Source of the DNA: Alphaproteobacteria bacterium
GTDB taxonomy: Bacteria; Pseudomonadota; Alphaproteobacteria; UBA828
Direction of reading: 5' to 3'
Length of the DNA: 64,000 bases
Assembly (NCBI GenBank): GCA_965214705.1
Contig: CBDCCI010000002.1
Coordinates: 1,088,001-1,152,000, forward strand
The translations under genes were made by a program, and so were the position numbers. Shown here piece after piece: positions 33,637 to 44,174 of the stretch. Position 1 is the first letter of the stretch. Each line of letters starts with the position of its first letter. Under the pieces are notes generated by a model. That model worked only from the letters and a program-made list of their open reading frames with translations, ran no database searches and was not told the origin of the DNA.

Positions 33637-33960
33637 ATGCGCAAGCGAAAGATACGCAAGGATGACGAGGTCATCGTCCTCACCGGGCGAGACAAGGGCA
33701 AGCGCGGCGCCGTGCTCCGGATCATCACCAAGACCGACCGCGTTCTCGTCGAGGGCGTCAACGTGACCAAGCGCCACGTCAAGCCGACTCAGGGCGATCC
33801 GCAGGGCGGTATTGTCGAGCGCGAGGCGCCGATCCATATATCGAACGTGGCTCTGGTCGATCCCGAGAGCGATCGGCCGACCCGGGTGCGCTACAAGAAT
33901 CTCGAGGACGGGCGCAAGGTGCGCGTCGCCGCCCGCTCGGGGGAAGTGATCGATGTCTGA
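33637..33960 (+). CDS. rplX: 50S ribosomal protein L24
   Basis: GRDKGKRG (KOW motif), [14 protein letters not shown]. Confidence 0.98.
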   Translation: MRKRKIRKDDEVIVLTGRDKGKRGAVLRIITKTDRVLVEGVNVTKRHVKPTQGDPQGGIVEREAPIHISNVALVDPESDRPTRVRYKNLEDGRKVRVAARSGEVIDV

Positions 33961-34549
33961 AGCGAACGGCCAGAACGGCGGCCAGGCCAACGGCGAGGCG
34001 AAGGGCCCGAGCCGGCTGAAATTGCTCTACGAGAGCGAGATCAGGCCCGGTCTGATGCAGCAGTTCGGCTACTCCAACATCATGCAGGCGCCGAAGCTGG
34101 ACAAGATCGTGATCAACATGGGCGTCGGCGAAGGGGCCACGGACAACAAGAAGATCGATGCCGCGGTTCAGGACATGACGCTGATCGCGGGCCAGAAGCC
34201 GATCGTCACCAGGGCGCGCAAATCGGTCGCCGCGTTCAAGGTGCGCACCGGCATGCAGGTCGGCTGCAAGACCACGCTCCGGCGGGAGCGGATGTACGAG
34301 TTCCTCGACCGGCTGGTGACGATCGCGCTGCCTAGGGTGCGCGATTTTCGCGGGCTTTCGGCCCGCGCCTTCGACGGCCGTGGCAACTACGCGTTAGGCC
34401 TCAAGGAGCAGATCATCTTTCCCGAAATCGATTACGACAAGGTCGATCAGGTGCGTGGGTTGAATGTCGTCATTTGCACGACGGCGAGGACCGATGACGA
34501 GGGCCGGGCGCTGCTCGCCGGCTTTCAGATGCCGTTCGTCGGCCAGTAA
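33953..34549 (+). CDS. rplE: 50S ribosomal protein L5
   Basis: [36 protein letters not shown]. Confidence 0.99.
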   Translation: MSEANGQNGGQANGEAKGPSRLKLLYESEIRPGLMQQFGYSNIMQAPKLDKIVINMGVGEGATDNKKIDAAVQDMTLIAGQKPIVTRARKSVAAFKVRTGMQVGCKTTLRRERMYEFLDRLVTIALPRVRDFRGLSARAFDGRGNYALGLKEQIIFPEIDYDKVDQVRGLNVVICTTARTDDEGRALLAGFQMPFVGQ

Positions 34550-34571
34550 GGGCAAAGGGCCAGGCTGAAAG

Positions 34572-34877
34572 ATGGCGAAGAAGAGCACGATCGAGAAGAA
34601 CAAGCGGCGCCAGCGGATGGCGAAGCGGGATGCGGCCAAGCGGGCGGACCTGCGCGCCATCGTGCGCGACCGTTCGCTGCCGGCGGAGGAGCGCTTCGCG
34701 GCGCAGCTCAAGCTCGCGAAACTGCCACGCAATGGTGCGCAGGTGCGGGTGCGGAACCGCTGCGGGCTGACTGGCCGGCCGCGCGGCAACTACCGCAAGT
34801 TCGGGCTCTCGCGCATCGCGCTCCGGGAGCTCGCCTCGGCGGGCCAGGTGCCCGGCATGGTCAAATCGAGCTGGTGA
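34572..34877 (+). CDS. rpsN: 30S ribosomal protein S14 (long, zinc-independent type)
   Basis: 101 aa, RNRC..TGRPRG, PG..KSSW. Confidence 0.98.
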   Translation: MAKKSTIEKNKRRQRMAKRDAAKRADLRAIVRDRSLPAEERFAAQLKLAKLPRNGAQVRVRNRCGLTGRPRGNYRKFGLSRIALRELASAGQVPGMVKSSW

Positions 34878-34887
34878 GGCGCAGGCC

Positions 34888-35283
34888 ATGATGACCGACC
34901 CCCTGGCGGACATGCTGACCCGTATTCGGAACGGGCAGCAGGCACGCAAGTCCGCCGTTCTGTCGCCGGCGTCCAAGCTGCGCGCTGGCGTGCTCGACGT
35001 GCTTCAGCGGGAAGGCTACATCCGCGGCTATTCGGCGACGGAGTCGGACACCGGCAAGCCGGCATTCTCGATCGAGCTCAAGTACCAGGAAGGCCGGCCG
35101 GTGATCGCCGAACTCCATCGGGTGTCGAAGCCCGGACGGCGGGTCTATTCAGGCATCAAGGACCTGCCGCGATACTACGGCGGCCTCGGAATCTCCATTC
35201 TGTCGACGCCGCGCGGCGTGCTCTCGGACAACGAGGCGCGCCAACAGAACGTCGGCGGCGAAGTGCTCTGCCGGGTGTTCTGA
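34888..35283 (+). CDS. rpsH: 30S ribosomal protein S8
   Basis: [38 protein letters not shown]. Confidence 0.99.
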   Translation: MMTDPLADMLTRIRNGQQARKSAVLSPASKLRAGVLDVLQREGYIRGYSATESDTGKPAFSIELKYQEGRPVIAELHRVSKPGRRVYSGIKDLPRYYGGLGISILSTPRGVLSDNEARQQNVGGEVLCRVF

Positions 35284-35284
35284 G

Positions 35285-35818
35285 ATGTCCCGCGTCGGCA
35301 AGAACCCGGTTCCCGTACCCGACGGCGTCGAGGTGACGATCGACGGCACTGCGGTCGCGGTGAGCGGCAAGCTGGGCCGCCTCGAGGCCACCATCGCGTC
35401 CGAGGTGAGCGCCGTGCTCGACAACGGCCAGGTCTCGGTCACGCCGCGCGGGGACGACAAGCGCTCGCGCCAGCTGTGGGGGCTCACCCGGAGCATCATC
35501 AACAACATGGTCGTGGGTGTGAGCCAGGGCTTCCACAAGGACCTGCAGATTGAGGGCGTTGGCTACCGGGCCGCGGTCGAAGGCCGCACTCTGACGCTCG
35601 ATCTCGGCTACAGCCACCGGATCCGCTACCCCATTCCAGACGGCATCGAGATCGCGTGCGAGCGGCCGACGGCGATCAGGGTCGCCGGCTATGACCGCCA
35701 GGCGGTCGGCCAGGTCGCCGCCGAGATACGTGCCTTCCGCAAGCCCGAGCCATACAAGGGCAAGGGCATCCGATACGTCGGCGAATACGTCCGGCGCAAG
35801 GAGGGCAAGAAGAAGTAG
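35285..35818 (+). CDS. rplF: 50S ribosomal protein L6
   Basis: [31 protein letters not shown]. Confidence 0.99.
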   Translation: MSRVGKNPVPVPDGVEVTIDGTAVAVSGKLGRLEATIASEVSAVLDNGQVSVTPRGDDKRSRQLWGLTRSIINNMVVGVSQGFHKDLQIEGVGYRAAVEGRTLTLDLGYSHRIRYPIPDGIEIACERPTAIRVAGYDRQAVGQVAAEIRAFRKPEPYKGKGIRYVGEYVRRKEGKKK

Positions 35819-35820
35819 CC

Positions 35821-36171
35821 ATGAGCAGGACCGACTTCGATAAGCGCAAGCAACGGGTGCGGTTCAGGCTGCAGGCAGCCGCCGGCGGCAGGCCGCGACT
35901 CTCGGTCTTCCGCTCCAACCGCCACATTTACGCCCAACTCATCGACGATGGAGAGGGCAGGACCGTGGCTGCCGCATCGACGATGGAAGGTGCGCTGCGC
36001 AGCCAGAATGGGGCGGACCGCGAGGCCGCGGGCCGTGTCGGCGCGCTCATCGCCGAGCGTGCGCTGGCGGCCGGGCACAAGGAGGTCGTGTTCGACCGCG
36101 GCGGATACCAGTATCACGGGCGCGTCAAGGCGCTCGCCGAGGCAGCCCGCGAAGGCGGCCTCTCTTTCTAG
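35821..36171 (+). CDS. rplR: 50S ribosomal protein L18
   Basis: [32 protein letters not shown]. Confidence 0.99.
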   Translation: MSRTDFDKRKQRVRFRLQAAAGGRPRLSVFRSNRHIYAQLIDDGEGRTVAAASTMEGALRSQNGADREAAGRVGALIAERALAAGHKEVVFDRGGYQYHGRVKALAEAAREGGLSF

Positions 36172-36186
36172 GGGGAAGGGCCCGGT

Positions 36187-36771
36187 ATGGCACGACCAGG
36201 CATGGAGCGGGATCGAGATCGGGATCGCGGCGGTCGCGGACGTGACCGCGAAGAGCCCGAGCTTCTAGACAAGCTGGTCAGCATCAACCGTGTCGCGAAG
36301 GTGGTGAAGGGCGGCCGGCGCTTCGGCTTCTCGGCGCTCGTCGTGGTCGGCGACCAGCGCGGGCGCGTGGGCGGTGGCTCGGGCAAGGCGCGGGAGGTAC
36401 CGGAGGCCATCCGCAAGGCCACCGAGCAGGCCCGGCGCCGCATGGTCCGCGTGCCGCTTCGCGAGGGACGCACGCTGCATCACGACGTCCAGGGCCGCTT
36501 CGGCGCGGGCAAGGTGATTATCCGCGCGGCGCCGCCCGGCACCGGCATCATCGCCGGTGGGCCGATGCGCGCCGTGTTCGAGATGCTGGGCGTGAAGGAC
36601 GTGGTTGCCAAGTCGGTGGGCACGTCGAACCCGCAGAACATGGTCAAGGCGACTTTCGACGCGCTCGGGCGCTGCCACTCGCCGCGCGCCGTCGCCGCCA
36701 AGCGCAACCGCACGGTGGGCCAGATCTTCGGCCAGAGCGACTCCGCCAAGGAGCAGAAGGAGCAGGCGTAG
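36187..36771 (+). CDS. rpsE: 30S ribosomal protein S5
   Basis: [27 protein letters not shown]. Confidence 0.99.
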   Translation: MARPGMERDRDRDRGGRGRDREEPELLDKLVSINRVAKVVKGGRRFGFSALVVVGDQRGRVGGGSGKAREVPEAIRKATEQARRRMVRVPLREGRTLHHDVQGRFGAGKVIIRAAPPGTGIIAGGPMRAVFEMLGVKDVVAKSVGTSNPQNMVKATFDALGRCHSPRAVAAKRNRTVGQIFGQSDSAKEQKEQA

Positions 36772-36774
36772 GCC

Positions 36775-36999
36775 ATGGCACGGAGCAAGAAGGCCGCGGC
36801 GGCGCCCAAGGTGCGGGTGACCCAGATCGGCAGCCCCATCGGCCGGCCGGCGAACCAGCGTGCGACCCTGGTGGGCCTCGGCCTGAACAAGATGCACCGG
36901 AGCCGTGTGCTGGAAGACACGCCCTCGGTGCGTGGCATGATCGACAAGATTCCGCACCTCGTGCGGGCCGAGCCCGTGGACGCGGCGGAGGCTGAGTGA
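36775..36999 (+). CDS. rpmD: 50S ribosomal protein L30
   Basis: [23 protein letters not shown]. Confidence 0.97.
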   Translation: MARSKKAAAAPKVRVTQIGSPIGRPANQRATLVGLGLNKMHRSRVLEDTPSVRGMIDKIPHLVRAEPVDAAEAE

Positions 37000-37502
37000 T
37001 GAGGCTGAACGAACTCGCTGACCGCGCCGGTGCGTCCAAGAAGGGGCGCAGGCTCGGGCGCGGCATCGGCTCAGGCCGCGGCAAGACCTCGGGACGCGGC
37101 CACAAGGGCCAGAAGTCGCGGGCCGGCGTCGCCCTCAAGGGTTTCGAGGGCGGCCAGATGCCGCTCTACCGACGTCTGCCCAAGCGGGGCTTCACCAACG
37201 CCCGCTTCCGCAAGACCTTCGAGACCGTCAACATCGGACGCCTGCAGGAGGCGATCGAGAGCGGGCGGATCGACGCTGGCGCTCCCATGACGGAGGCTGC
37301 GCTGACCGCAGCCGGGCTCACGCGCGGGCGGCACGGCGTGCGGCTGCTCGCCAAGGGCCGGATCGAGAGCGCCGTCACCGTAGAGGTCACCGGCGCGTCG
37401 AAGGCGGCCATCGCCGCGGTCGAGGCGGCCGGCGGCTCGGTGACCCTGAGCGGGGCGGTTGAGGCCGAGAAAGCGGCCGAGGAAACGGCAGAGGACGCCT
37501 AA
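36996..37502 (+). CDS. rplO: 50S ribosomal protein L15
   Basis: [39 protein letters not shown]. Confidence 0.98.
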   Translation: MMRLNELADRAGASKKGRRLGRGIGSGRGKTSGRGHKGQKSRAGVALKGFEGGQMPLYRRLPKRGFTNARFRKTFETVNIGRLQEAIESGRIDAGAPMTEAALTAAGLTRGRHGVRLLAKGRIESAVTVEVTGASKAAIAAVEAAGGSVTLSGAVEAEKAAEETAEDA

Positions 37503-37507
37503 CGAAC

Positions 37508-38851
37508 GTGGCTTCGGCGGCCGAACAACTCGCTGCGAACCTCAACTTCGGGGCCTTCGCCAAGGCGAAAGAGCTTCAGAAGCGCCTGCTGTTCACGCTC
37601 GGCGCCCTGATCATCTACAGGCTGGGCACCTACATACCGATTCCGGGCATCGACCCGGTGGTGCTCGACGAGGTGTTCCAGCAGCAGGCCGGCGGCATCC
37701 TCGGCATGTTCAACATGTTCGCCGGCGGCGCGCTCGGGCGCATGACCATCTTCGCGCTCAACATCATGCCGTACATCTCGGCCGCCATCATCATCCAGCT
37801 GATGACGACGGTCTCGCCGCATCTCGCCCAGCTCAAGAAGGAAGGCGAGGCCGGGCGCAAGAAGATCAACCAATACACCCGCTACGGCACCGTCTTCCTT
37901 GCCGCGCTGCAGGCCTTCGGCATCTCGTCGGGCCTCGAGGGCTACAGCGGACAGAGCGGCGATCTGGTGCTGGATCCAGGCGGATTCTTCCGTCTGACCA
38001 CGGTGGTGACGCTGACCGGCGGCACCATCTTCCTGATGTGGCTGGGTGAGCAGATCACCGCGAGAGGGGTCGGCAACGGCATATCGCTGATCATCTTCGC
38101 CGGCATTGTGGCGGAGCTGCCGGGCGCGCTCGCGAGCACGCTGGAGCTCGGCCGAACCGGTGCGCTCTCTGCGGTCGTGCTCATCGCGCTCTTCATCATG
38201 GCGATCGCCGTCATCGGCTTCATCGTCTTCATCGAGCGGGCGCAGCGCCGCATCGTGGTTCAGTATCCCAAACGACAAGTGGGCCGCCGCATGTTCGGCG
38301 GCGAGCAAACCCATTTGCCGTTGAAGGTCAACACCGCCGGCGTGATCCCGCCGATCTTCGCAAGCTCGATCCTGCTGCTGCCGATCACCGCGCTCAGCAT
38401 CAACGCTGGCTCGGGGCCGGAGTGGTTGACGGCGCTGACCAGCTATCTCGGGCGCGGCCAGCCGATCTACATGATCATCTACGCGGCGGCGATCATCTTC
38501 TTCACGTACTTCTACACCTCGGTCGTCTTCAATCCCGAGGACACGGCCGACAATTTGAAGAAGAACGGCGGTTTCATACCCGGAGTCCGTCCAGGCAAGA
38601 ACACCGCGGAATATCTCGACTACGTGCTGACCCGGCTGACCTTCTGGGGCGCGCTCTATCTTGCGTCAGTGAGCCTCCTGCCCGAGCTCCTGATCTCCCA
38701 GTACGCGGTGCCGTTCTACTTCGGCGGGACGAGTCTGCTCATCGTGGTCACCGTCACCATGGATACGGTGGGGCAGATCCAGTCCCACCTCCTCGCCCAT
38801 CAGTACGAAGGGCTGATCAAGAAAGCGAAGCTCCGAGGGAGCCGGCGTTGA
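37508..38851 (+). CDS. secY: Preprotein translocase subunit SecY
   Basis: [47 protein letters not shown]. Confidence 0.99.
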   Translation: MASAAEQLAANLNFGAFAKAKELQKRLLFTLGALIIYRLGTYIPIPGIDPVVLDEVFQQQAGGILGMFNMFAGGALGRMTIFALNIMPYISAAIIIQLMTTVSPHLAQLKKEGEAGRKKINQYTRYGTVFLAALQAFGISSGLEGYSGQSGDLVLDPGGFFRLTTVVTLTGGTIFLMWLGEQITARGVGNGISLIIFAGIVAELPGALASTLELGRTGALSAVVLIALFIMAIAVIGFIVFIERAQRRIVVQYPKRQVGRRMFGGEQTHLPLKVNTAGVIPPIFASSILLLPITALSINAGSGPEWLTALTSYLGRGQPIYMIIYAAAIIFFTYFYTSVVFNPEDTADNLKKNGGFIPGVRPGKNTAEYLDYVLTRLTFWGALYLASVSLLPELLISQYAVPFYFGGTSLLIVVTVTMDTVGQIQSHLLAHQYEGLIKKAKLRGSRR

Positions 38852-39495
38852 ACCTGATCCTTCTCGGCCCACCGGGGGCGGGCAAGGGCACGCAGGCGCA
38901 GCGGCTGGTCGAGCGCTTCGGCATTGTCCAGCTTTCCACGGGCGACATGCTGCGCGCGGCGGTGAAAGCCGGCACGGCGCTCGGCACCCAGGCCAAGGCG
39001 ATCATGGAGGCCGGCGAGCTGGTGCCGGACGCCCTCATGGTCGCCCTGATCGCGGAGCGAATCGATGAGCCGGACTGCGACAACGGCTTCATCCTCGACG
39101 GGTTCCCGCGCACGGTGGCGCAGGCCGACGCGCTGGATCGCATGCTGGCCGACCGCGGGCTCGCGCTCGACAGGGTGGTGGCCATCGAGGTCGATGAGGA
39201 GGCGCTGATCGAACGTATCGTCGGCCGCTTCTCCTGCGCCGACTGCGGCGCCGGCTACCACGACCAGTTCAAACGGCCGAGGCAGGAGGGCGTCTGCGAC
39301 CAGTGCGGCAGCAGAAATTTCACGCGCCGGGCGGACGACAACCGTGAGACCATGATCGCGCGCCTCGCCGCGTACCACGAGCAGACGGCGCCGATCATCC
39401 CGCACTACGAGGCCGGCGGGCGCTTTGTCCGGGTCGATGGCTCCGGCGGTATAGACACCATCACGGCGGCCATCGTCGCCGCTCTTCAGGACTGA
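38848..39495 (+). CDS. adk: Adenylate kinase (zinc-binding LID)
   Basis: [25 protein letters not shown], CxxC...CxxC LID, RADD; TTG start overlaps the secY stop. Confidence 0.97.
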   Translation: MNLILLGPPGAGKGTQAQRLVERFGIVQLSTGDMLRAAVKAGTALGTQAKAIMEAGELVPDALMVALIAERIDEPDCDNGFILDGFPRTVAQADALDRMLADRGLALDRVVAIEVDEEALIERIVGRFSCADCGAGYHDQFKRPRQEGVCDQCGSRNFTRRADDNRETMIARLAAYHEQTAPIIPHYEAGGRFVRVDGSGGIDTITAAIVAALQD

Positions 39496-39538
39496 AGCGC
39501 AGCGCGGGCTTCTGCCCGCGCCTGGCGCTGCCGTTGCC

Positions 39539-40225
39539 ATGCCCCGCAAGAGACTGACGCATTTGAAAGCGCGGCGCGCGATCATCGACGCCGCCCTCAG
39601 GACCGACAGAATCGGCCTCAATCACGGGACCGCGGGCAACATCGGATTCCGGGTGGGCGAGAGGTTCCTGGTTACGCCCTCCGGCCTCTATTACGACACG
39701 ATGACGCCCGCCGACATCGTCGAGATGGATTTCGGCGGCCGCCAGTGGGGTGCGCGAATCCCCACCAGCGAATGGCGCTTCCACCGCGATATCTTCGCCT
39801 CGCGGCCGGATGTGAACGCGATCCTCCACAGTCATTCGGTTCATTGCACCGCGCTCGCCGTGCACGGGATGGAGATTCCGGCTGTTCACTACATGGTCGG
39901 AACCGCGGGAGGCACAAGCATCCGCTGCGCGCCCTACCGCACGCCCACGACCCAGGCGCTCTCCGACGTCGCCGTCGAGGCGCTCAAGGATCGGCGCGCC
40001 TGCCTGCTGCAGAATCACGGCGCCATCGTCCTGGGTGAGACGCCGGATGACTGCGTCAACCTGCTCATCGAGGTCGAGTATCTGGCGGAGCTCTATTGCC
40101 GCGCGATGGCCATCGGCGCTGCCACTGGCAATGACCCGAAGATCATCTCACAGCGCAAGATGGGCGAGGTGCTGGAGATGTTGAAGACCTACGGCCAGCA
40201 GCCGGACCCCGACAGCACGGGGTAG
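39539..40225 (+). CDS. Class II aldolase/adducin family protein (FucA-like)
   Basis: GTAGNI, TPSG, PTSEWRFH, HSHS, LLQNHG metal ligands. Confidence 0.88.
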   Translation: MPRKRLTHLKARRAIIDAALRTDRIGLNHGTAGNIGFRVGERFLVTPSGLYYDTMTPADIVEMDFGGRQWGARIPTSEWRFHRDIFASRPDVNAILHSHSVHCTALAVHGMEIPAVHYMVGTAGGTSIRCAPYRTPTTQALSDVAVEALKDRRACLLQNHGAIVLGETPDDCVNLLIEVEYLAELYCRAMAIGAATGNDPKIISQRKMGEVLEMLKTYGQQPDPDSTG

Positions 40226-40307
40226 GGAAAGCGCCGGTTCACCCCGCCGGCGCGCATCAGCCACCACCGATTAGACTGTTTGCCCGCCGTATCGCCAAGA
40301 GGAACCC

Positions 40308-40745
40308 ATGGACCAGGAAACCGGCGCGCACGGGATTCCGCTCACCGCGCTCCGGCAGGACTACGCCTTCAAGGCGGTCGATGACTACAACGTGCGCATG
40401 TACATCCTGCCGCACCTGGTGGACCCCGAGAGCCGCGCCAGGATCATCGCCGAGCACAAGGCCGACCCGCTCTACAGCCCGACCCGGCCGGGGGAGCCCG
40501 CGCCAATCTACAGCCAGGTCCTGGTCCGCCTGATCGACAAGCTCCGCGTGGTGCCGACCGCGGGCAAGCACATCATCGTCGAGACCGAGCCCGGCAGCGA
40601 GTACACCATCGCCCTGCTGCCGGCGGCGCGCGGCGAGACCGTCGTGCTGACCGAGGAGACCTACGCGACCAGGGGCGAGGCCGACCACGCGATCTTCCTC
40701 AAGCGGCTCGAGGCGCTCCTCGCTTCCTACGGCATCGAGATGTAG
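40308..40745 (+). CDS. N,N-dimethylformamidase small (alpha) subunit-like protein
   Basis: I..EH...P, S..L.R....R..PT.GK and EA.HA.FL.R.E match my recollection of Paracoccus DmfA1; it sits 12 nt upstream of a DmfA2 homologue. Confidence 0.7.
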   Translation: MDQETGAHGIPLTALRQDYAFKAVDDYNVRMYILPHLVDPESRARIIAEHKADPLYSPTRPGEPAPIYSQVLVRLIDKLRVVPTAGKHIIVETEPGSEYTIALLPAARGETVVLTEETYATRGEADHAIFLKRLEALLASYGIEM

Positions 40746-40757
40746 GGGCGCGATCCG

Positions 40758-43151
40758 ATGAGCGACAGGCAGGACCGCATGCTCCGCATCACCGGCTACT
40801 CGGACCGCCTCTCGGTCCGGCCGGGCGAGACCATCACCTTCTACGTTCATTCCGAGGAAAACGAAGCCTACGAAGCGCAGATCGTGCGCCTGATCCACGG
40901 CGACACCAGCCCCGAAGGACCGGGCTTCAAGGAGGAGACGGTCGAGGCGGCCGTGAACGGTGCGTATCCAGGCGCGCATCAGCGGATCGATGCTGGCAGC
41001 TACATCGTCGTGCCGCACGATGAGCGATTTGATGTCACGAGCTTCACGCTCTGCGCCTACGTCTATCCCACGCTGCCGGCGCTCGGGATGCAGGGCCTGC
41101 TCACCAAGTGGAACGAGGCGGACGGCACGGGCTTCGGCCTCTTCATCGACGAGAATGCGAAGCTCTGCCTCCGGATCGGCCGGGGCGCTGGCGCCGAGGA
41201 ACGGGTCTCCAGCGGGCGACCTCTCTTCCGCAACGTCTGGTATCAGGTGAGCGCGTCGTACGATGCGGAGAGCGGGCTGGTCCGGCTGGTCCAGCGCCCC
41301 TGGGTGACAGCGGCCAACGGCGGCTTCGGCATGAGCCTGATCCACCCGCTGGAGGACACGGCCGCCGAGGTCGAGACCGTCATCACGCCTGGAACACCGG
41401 CGCCCAACGAATGCCCTTTCCTGATGGCCGCGAGCGTGGCCGAGCCGGACTCGGGCCGCACCATCTTCGGCGGCCATTTCGCGGGGCTCGCCGAGCCCTG
41501 GCCGATCCCGATCCACATCCACAAGTTCAACGGCCGGCTGGATCGCCCCAAGCTCGCGAACCGCGCGCTCACGCAGGCGGAGATCAACGCCCTCCTCGCC
41601 GGCGCCGGTATCGACCACCTGCCGCTCGCCGCCCGCGACCCCGTTGTCGGCGCCTGGGATTTTAGCGCCAACATCCGCGACAACGCGGCCTCCACCGAAA
41701 TCGTCGATACGGGCCCCTTCGCGCTCCACGGCCGCGGCGTCAACATGCCCATCCGCGCCATGCCGGGGTTCAACTGGACCTCCGACTATATGAGCTACCG
41801 CCACGGCAGGGAGGAATACGGCGCCATCCACTTCCACGACGAATCCGTGGACGACGCGCGCTGGGAGCCCGCCTTCACCCTCACCGTACCCGACGACCTC
41901 AAGAGCGGCGTCTACGCGGCGCGGCTGCGGATCGACGGTGTCGAATCGCCCGAGACCGAGGACTATCTGCCCTTCTTCGTTCGCCCGCCGGCAAGCGGGA
42001 CCACCGCGCGCATCGCGCTGGTGATGTCGACGGTGAGCTACCTCGCCTACGCCAACGACAATCTCGGCGTGACCTCGCCGGTCGCCCAGCTGCTCACCGC
42101 CCGCGCGCCGATGCTGCAGCCGAGCGACCTGCTGCTGAACAAGAAGGAAGCCTACGGCCTCGGCACCTATTCCACCTATCGGGACGGCTGGGGCGTGGAC
42201 ATCTCCTCGGCGCTCCGGCCGATCCTCAACATGCGGCCGAAATACACGCACCTCTTCTCGCCCTCGGTCTGGCAGTTCAATGCCGACCTCCACCTGGTCG
42301 ATTGGCTGGAGGCGATGGGCTACGCGGTCGATATCCATACCGAGGAGGACGTGCATCGGGAGGGCGTCGGACTGCTCGGCCAGTACCGCGTCGTGCTAAC
42401 CGCCCACCATCCGGAATACGTCTCCGAGCGGATCATGGACGCCTACCAGGAATACCAGCTCCGGGGCGGGCGCTGGCTCTATCTCGCGGCCAACGGCTTC
42501 TACTGGGTGACCGAGTTTCATCCGGACAACCCGAACCTGGTCGAGGTGCGGAAGGGTGATCAGGGCTCGCGCGCCTGGACCGGCATGCCCGGCGAATACT
42601 GCAACGCCTTCGACGGCAAACACGGCGGCGCCTGGCGCATTCGCGGGCGGCCGATGGCGAACCTGCTGGGCGTGAGCTTCACCTCGTTCGGGCTGACGCA
42701 GTCCTCCTACTACCGCCGCGCGCCGGACAGCGAGCGTGACGGGTGCGCCTGGATCTTCGAGGGCGTCGGCCGGGACGAGCCGATCGGCGACTTCGGACTG
42801 ATCGGCGGCGGTGCCGCCGGCCTGGAGCTCGACCGCGCCGACCTCGAACTCGGCACGCCGCACCGCGCCTTCCTGCTGGCCCATTCGGAAGGTCATTCAG
42901 ACATCTTCGTGCCGGTGACCGAGGAGATCACCTACTCATCGCGCGGCCAGCTTCTCACCGGCACCGGCGAGACCAACCCCAAGATCCGCGCGGACATGGT
43001 CTACTTCAAGACGCCGCAGGAGGGCGCGGTCCTCTCGGTGGGCTCGATGGCCTGGTGCGGCTCGCTCTCCCACAACGGCTACGACAACAACGTCTCCCGC
43101 ATCACCCGGAACGTGATCGACGGCTTCCTGCGCGACGGGCCTCTTCCCTGA
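40758..43151 (+). CDS. N,N-dimethylformamidase large (beta) subunit family protein
   Basis: GYSDRLSVRPGE, RLIHGD..P.GPG, LamG-like insert, YGAIHFH, KSGVYA, SYLAYAN, RP.LNMRPK, ADLHLVDWL, HPEY, NGFYW, GGGAAG.E.DR, RADMVYF, NNVSRIT.NV. Confidence 0.88.
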   Translation: MSDRQDRMLRITGYSDRLSVRPGETITFYVHSEENEAYEAQIVRLIHGDTSPEGPGFKEETVEAAVNGAYPGAHQRIDAGSYIVVPHDERFDVTSFTLCAYVYPTLPALGMQGLLTKWNEADGTGFGLFIDENAKLCLRIGRGAGAEERVSSGRPLFRNVWYQVSASYDAESGLVRLVQRPWVTAANGGFGMSLIHPLEDTAAEVETVITPGTPAPNECPFLMAASVAEPDSGRTIFGGHFAGLAEPWPIPIHIHKFNGRLDRPKLANRALTQAEINALLAGAGIDHLPLAARDPVVGAWDFSANIRDNAASTEIVDTGPFALHGRGVNMPIRAMPGFNWTSDYMSYRHGREEYGAIHFHDESVDDARWEPAFTLTVPDDLKSGVYAARLRIDGVESPETEDYLPFFVRPPASGTTARIALVMSTVSYLAYANDNLGVTSPVAQLLTARAPMLQPSDLLLNKKEAYGLGTYSTYRDGWGVDISSALRPILNMRPKYTHLFSPSVWQFNADLHLVDWLEAMGYAVDIHTEEDVHREGVGLLGQYRVVLTAHHPEYVSERIMDAYQEYQLRGGRWLYLAANGFYWVTEFHPDNPNLVEVRKGDQGSRAWTGMPGEYCNAFDGKHGGAWRIRGRPMANLLGVSFTSFGLTQSSYYRRAPDSERDGCAWIFEGVGRDEPIGDFGLIGGGAAGLELDRADLELGTPHRAFLLAHSEGHSDIFVPVTEEITYSSRGQLLTGTGETNPKIRADMVYFKTPQEGAVLSVGSMAWCGSLSHNGYDNNVSRITRNVIDGFLRDGPLP

Positions 43152-43162
43152 CGCGAACGCGA

Positions 43163-43191
43163 TTGAACGGCCCCCGGCCTGCGGATACCAT
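43163..43191 (+). promoter_or_regulatory. Possible internal sigma70 promoter for the nitrile hydratase genes
   Basis: TTGAAC-N17-TACCAT in the 72-nt gap before nthA, followed by a GGGAGAGG RBS. Confidence 0.4.
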
Positions 43192-43223
43192 CGGGGCAGG
43201 GCTGAGAAGGGAGAGGTTGGGCC

Positions 43224-43832
43224 ATGGCACACGATCACGCCCACAACGCGCCTCCATCCGAGACGGCGATGCGCGTGAAGGCTCTGGAGACGCTCCTCAC
43301 CGAGAAGGGTCTGCTTGACCCCGCCGCCATCGACACCCTGGTGGAGACCTACGAGACCAAGATCGGTCCGCGCAACGGCGCCAAGGTGGTGGCCCGTGCA
43401 TGGACCGACCCGGACTACAAGCAGAGGCTGCTCGAAGACGGGAGCGCGGCGATCGCCGAGCTCGGCTTCAGCGGCGTGCAGGGCGAGGACATGGTCGTCG
43501 TCGAGAACACCGACGACGTGCACAACCTGGTCACATGCACGCTCTGCTCCTGCTATCCGTGGCCGACACTCGGGCTGCCGCCCATCTGGTTCAAGAGCGC
43601 GCCGTACCGGGCTCGCTCGGTCATCGACCCGCGCGGGGTGCTCGAGGAATTCGGGGTCACGCTCTCCGACGATATCGAGGTGCGGGTGTGGGACAGCAGC
43701 GCCGAGCTCCGCTACCTGGTGCTGCCGCAGCGGCCGGCGGGGACGGAAGGCCTGAGCGAGGACGAGCTCGCGGCGTTGGTGACCCGCGATTCCATGATCG
43801 GCACGGCGCTGGTCGAAGCGCCCGCAAGCTGA
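43224..43832 (+). CDS. nthA: Nitrile hydratase alpha subunit, cobalt type
   Basis: [25 protein letters not shown] (Thr/Tyr signature of Co-type), [29 protein letters not shown]. Confidence 0.96.
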   Translation: MAHDHAHNAPPSETAMRVKALETLLTEKGLLDPAAIDTLVETYETKIGPRNGAKVVARAWTDPDYKQRLLEDGSAAIAELGFSGVQGEDMVVVENTDDVHNLVTCTLCSCYPWPTLGLPPIWFKSAPYRARSVIDPRGVLEEFGVTLSDDIEVRVWDSSAELRYLVLPQRPAGTEGLSEDELAALVTRDSMIGTALVEAPAS

Positions 43833-43859
43833 CCGGCCGGTTCCGAAGGGAGCACAGCG

Positions 43860-44174
43860 ATGAACGGCATCCATGACATGGGCGGCATGCAGTGCATGGG
43901 CCCGATTATCCGCGAGGAAAACGAGCCCCAGTTCCACGAGGAGTGGGAAGGCCGGGTCTTCGGCATGTTTTTCACCAACTTCGCCGAGGGCCACTTCAAC
44001 GTGGACATGTTCCGCCACGCCATCGAGCGGATGGGCCCGGCCGAGTATCTGGAGACCTCGTATTACGAGCACTGGCTGCACGTCTACGAGACCGTGCTGG
44101 TGGAACGGGGCATCCTGACCCAGGCCGAGATCGACGAGAAGATTGCCAGCCTTCGCCAAACGGGAGAGTCGTGA
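43860..44174 (+). CDS. Nitrile hydratase beta subunit, N-terminal half (split gene)
   Basis: MNGIHDMGG, F.EEWEGR, FRHAIERM (first conserved beta Arg), YL..SYYEHWL; stops after 104 aa. Confidence 0.88.
   Translation: MNGIHDMGGMQCMGPIIREENEPQFHEEWEGRVFGMFFTNFAEGHFNVDMFRHAIERMGPAEYLETSYYEHWLHVYETVLVERGILTQAEIDEKIASLRQTGES

Noticed and set aside
36200-36250. Short tandem repeat (CGGGAT/CGAGAT) at the start of rpsE
   Set aside because: It encodes the usual RD/RG-rich S5 N-terminus; it is not a CRISPR or a contingency repeat.
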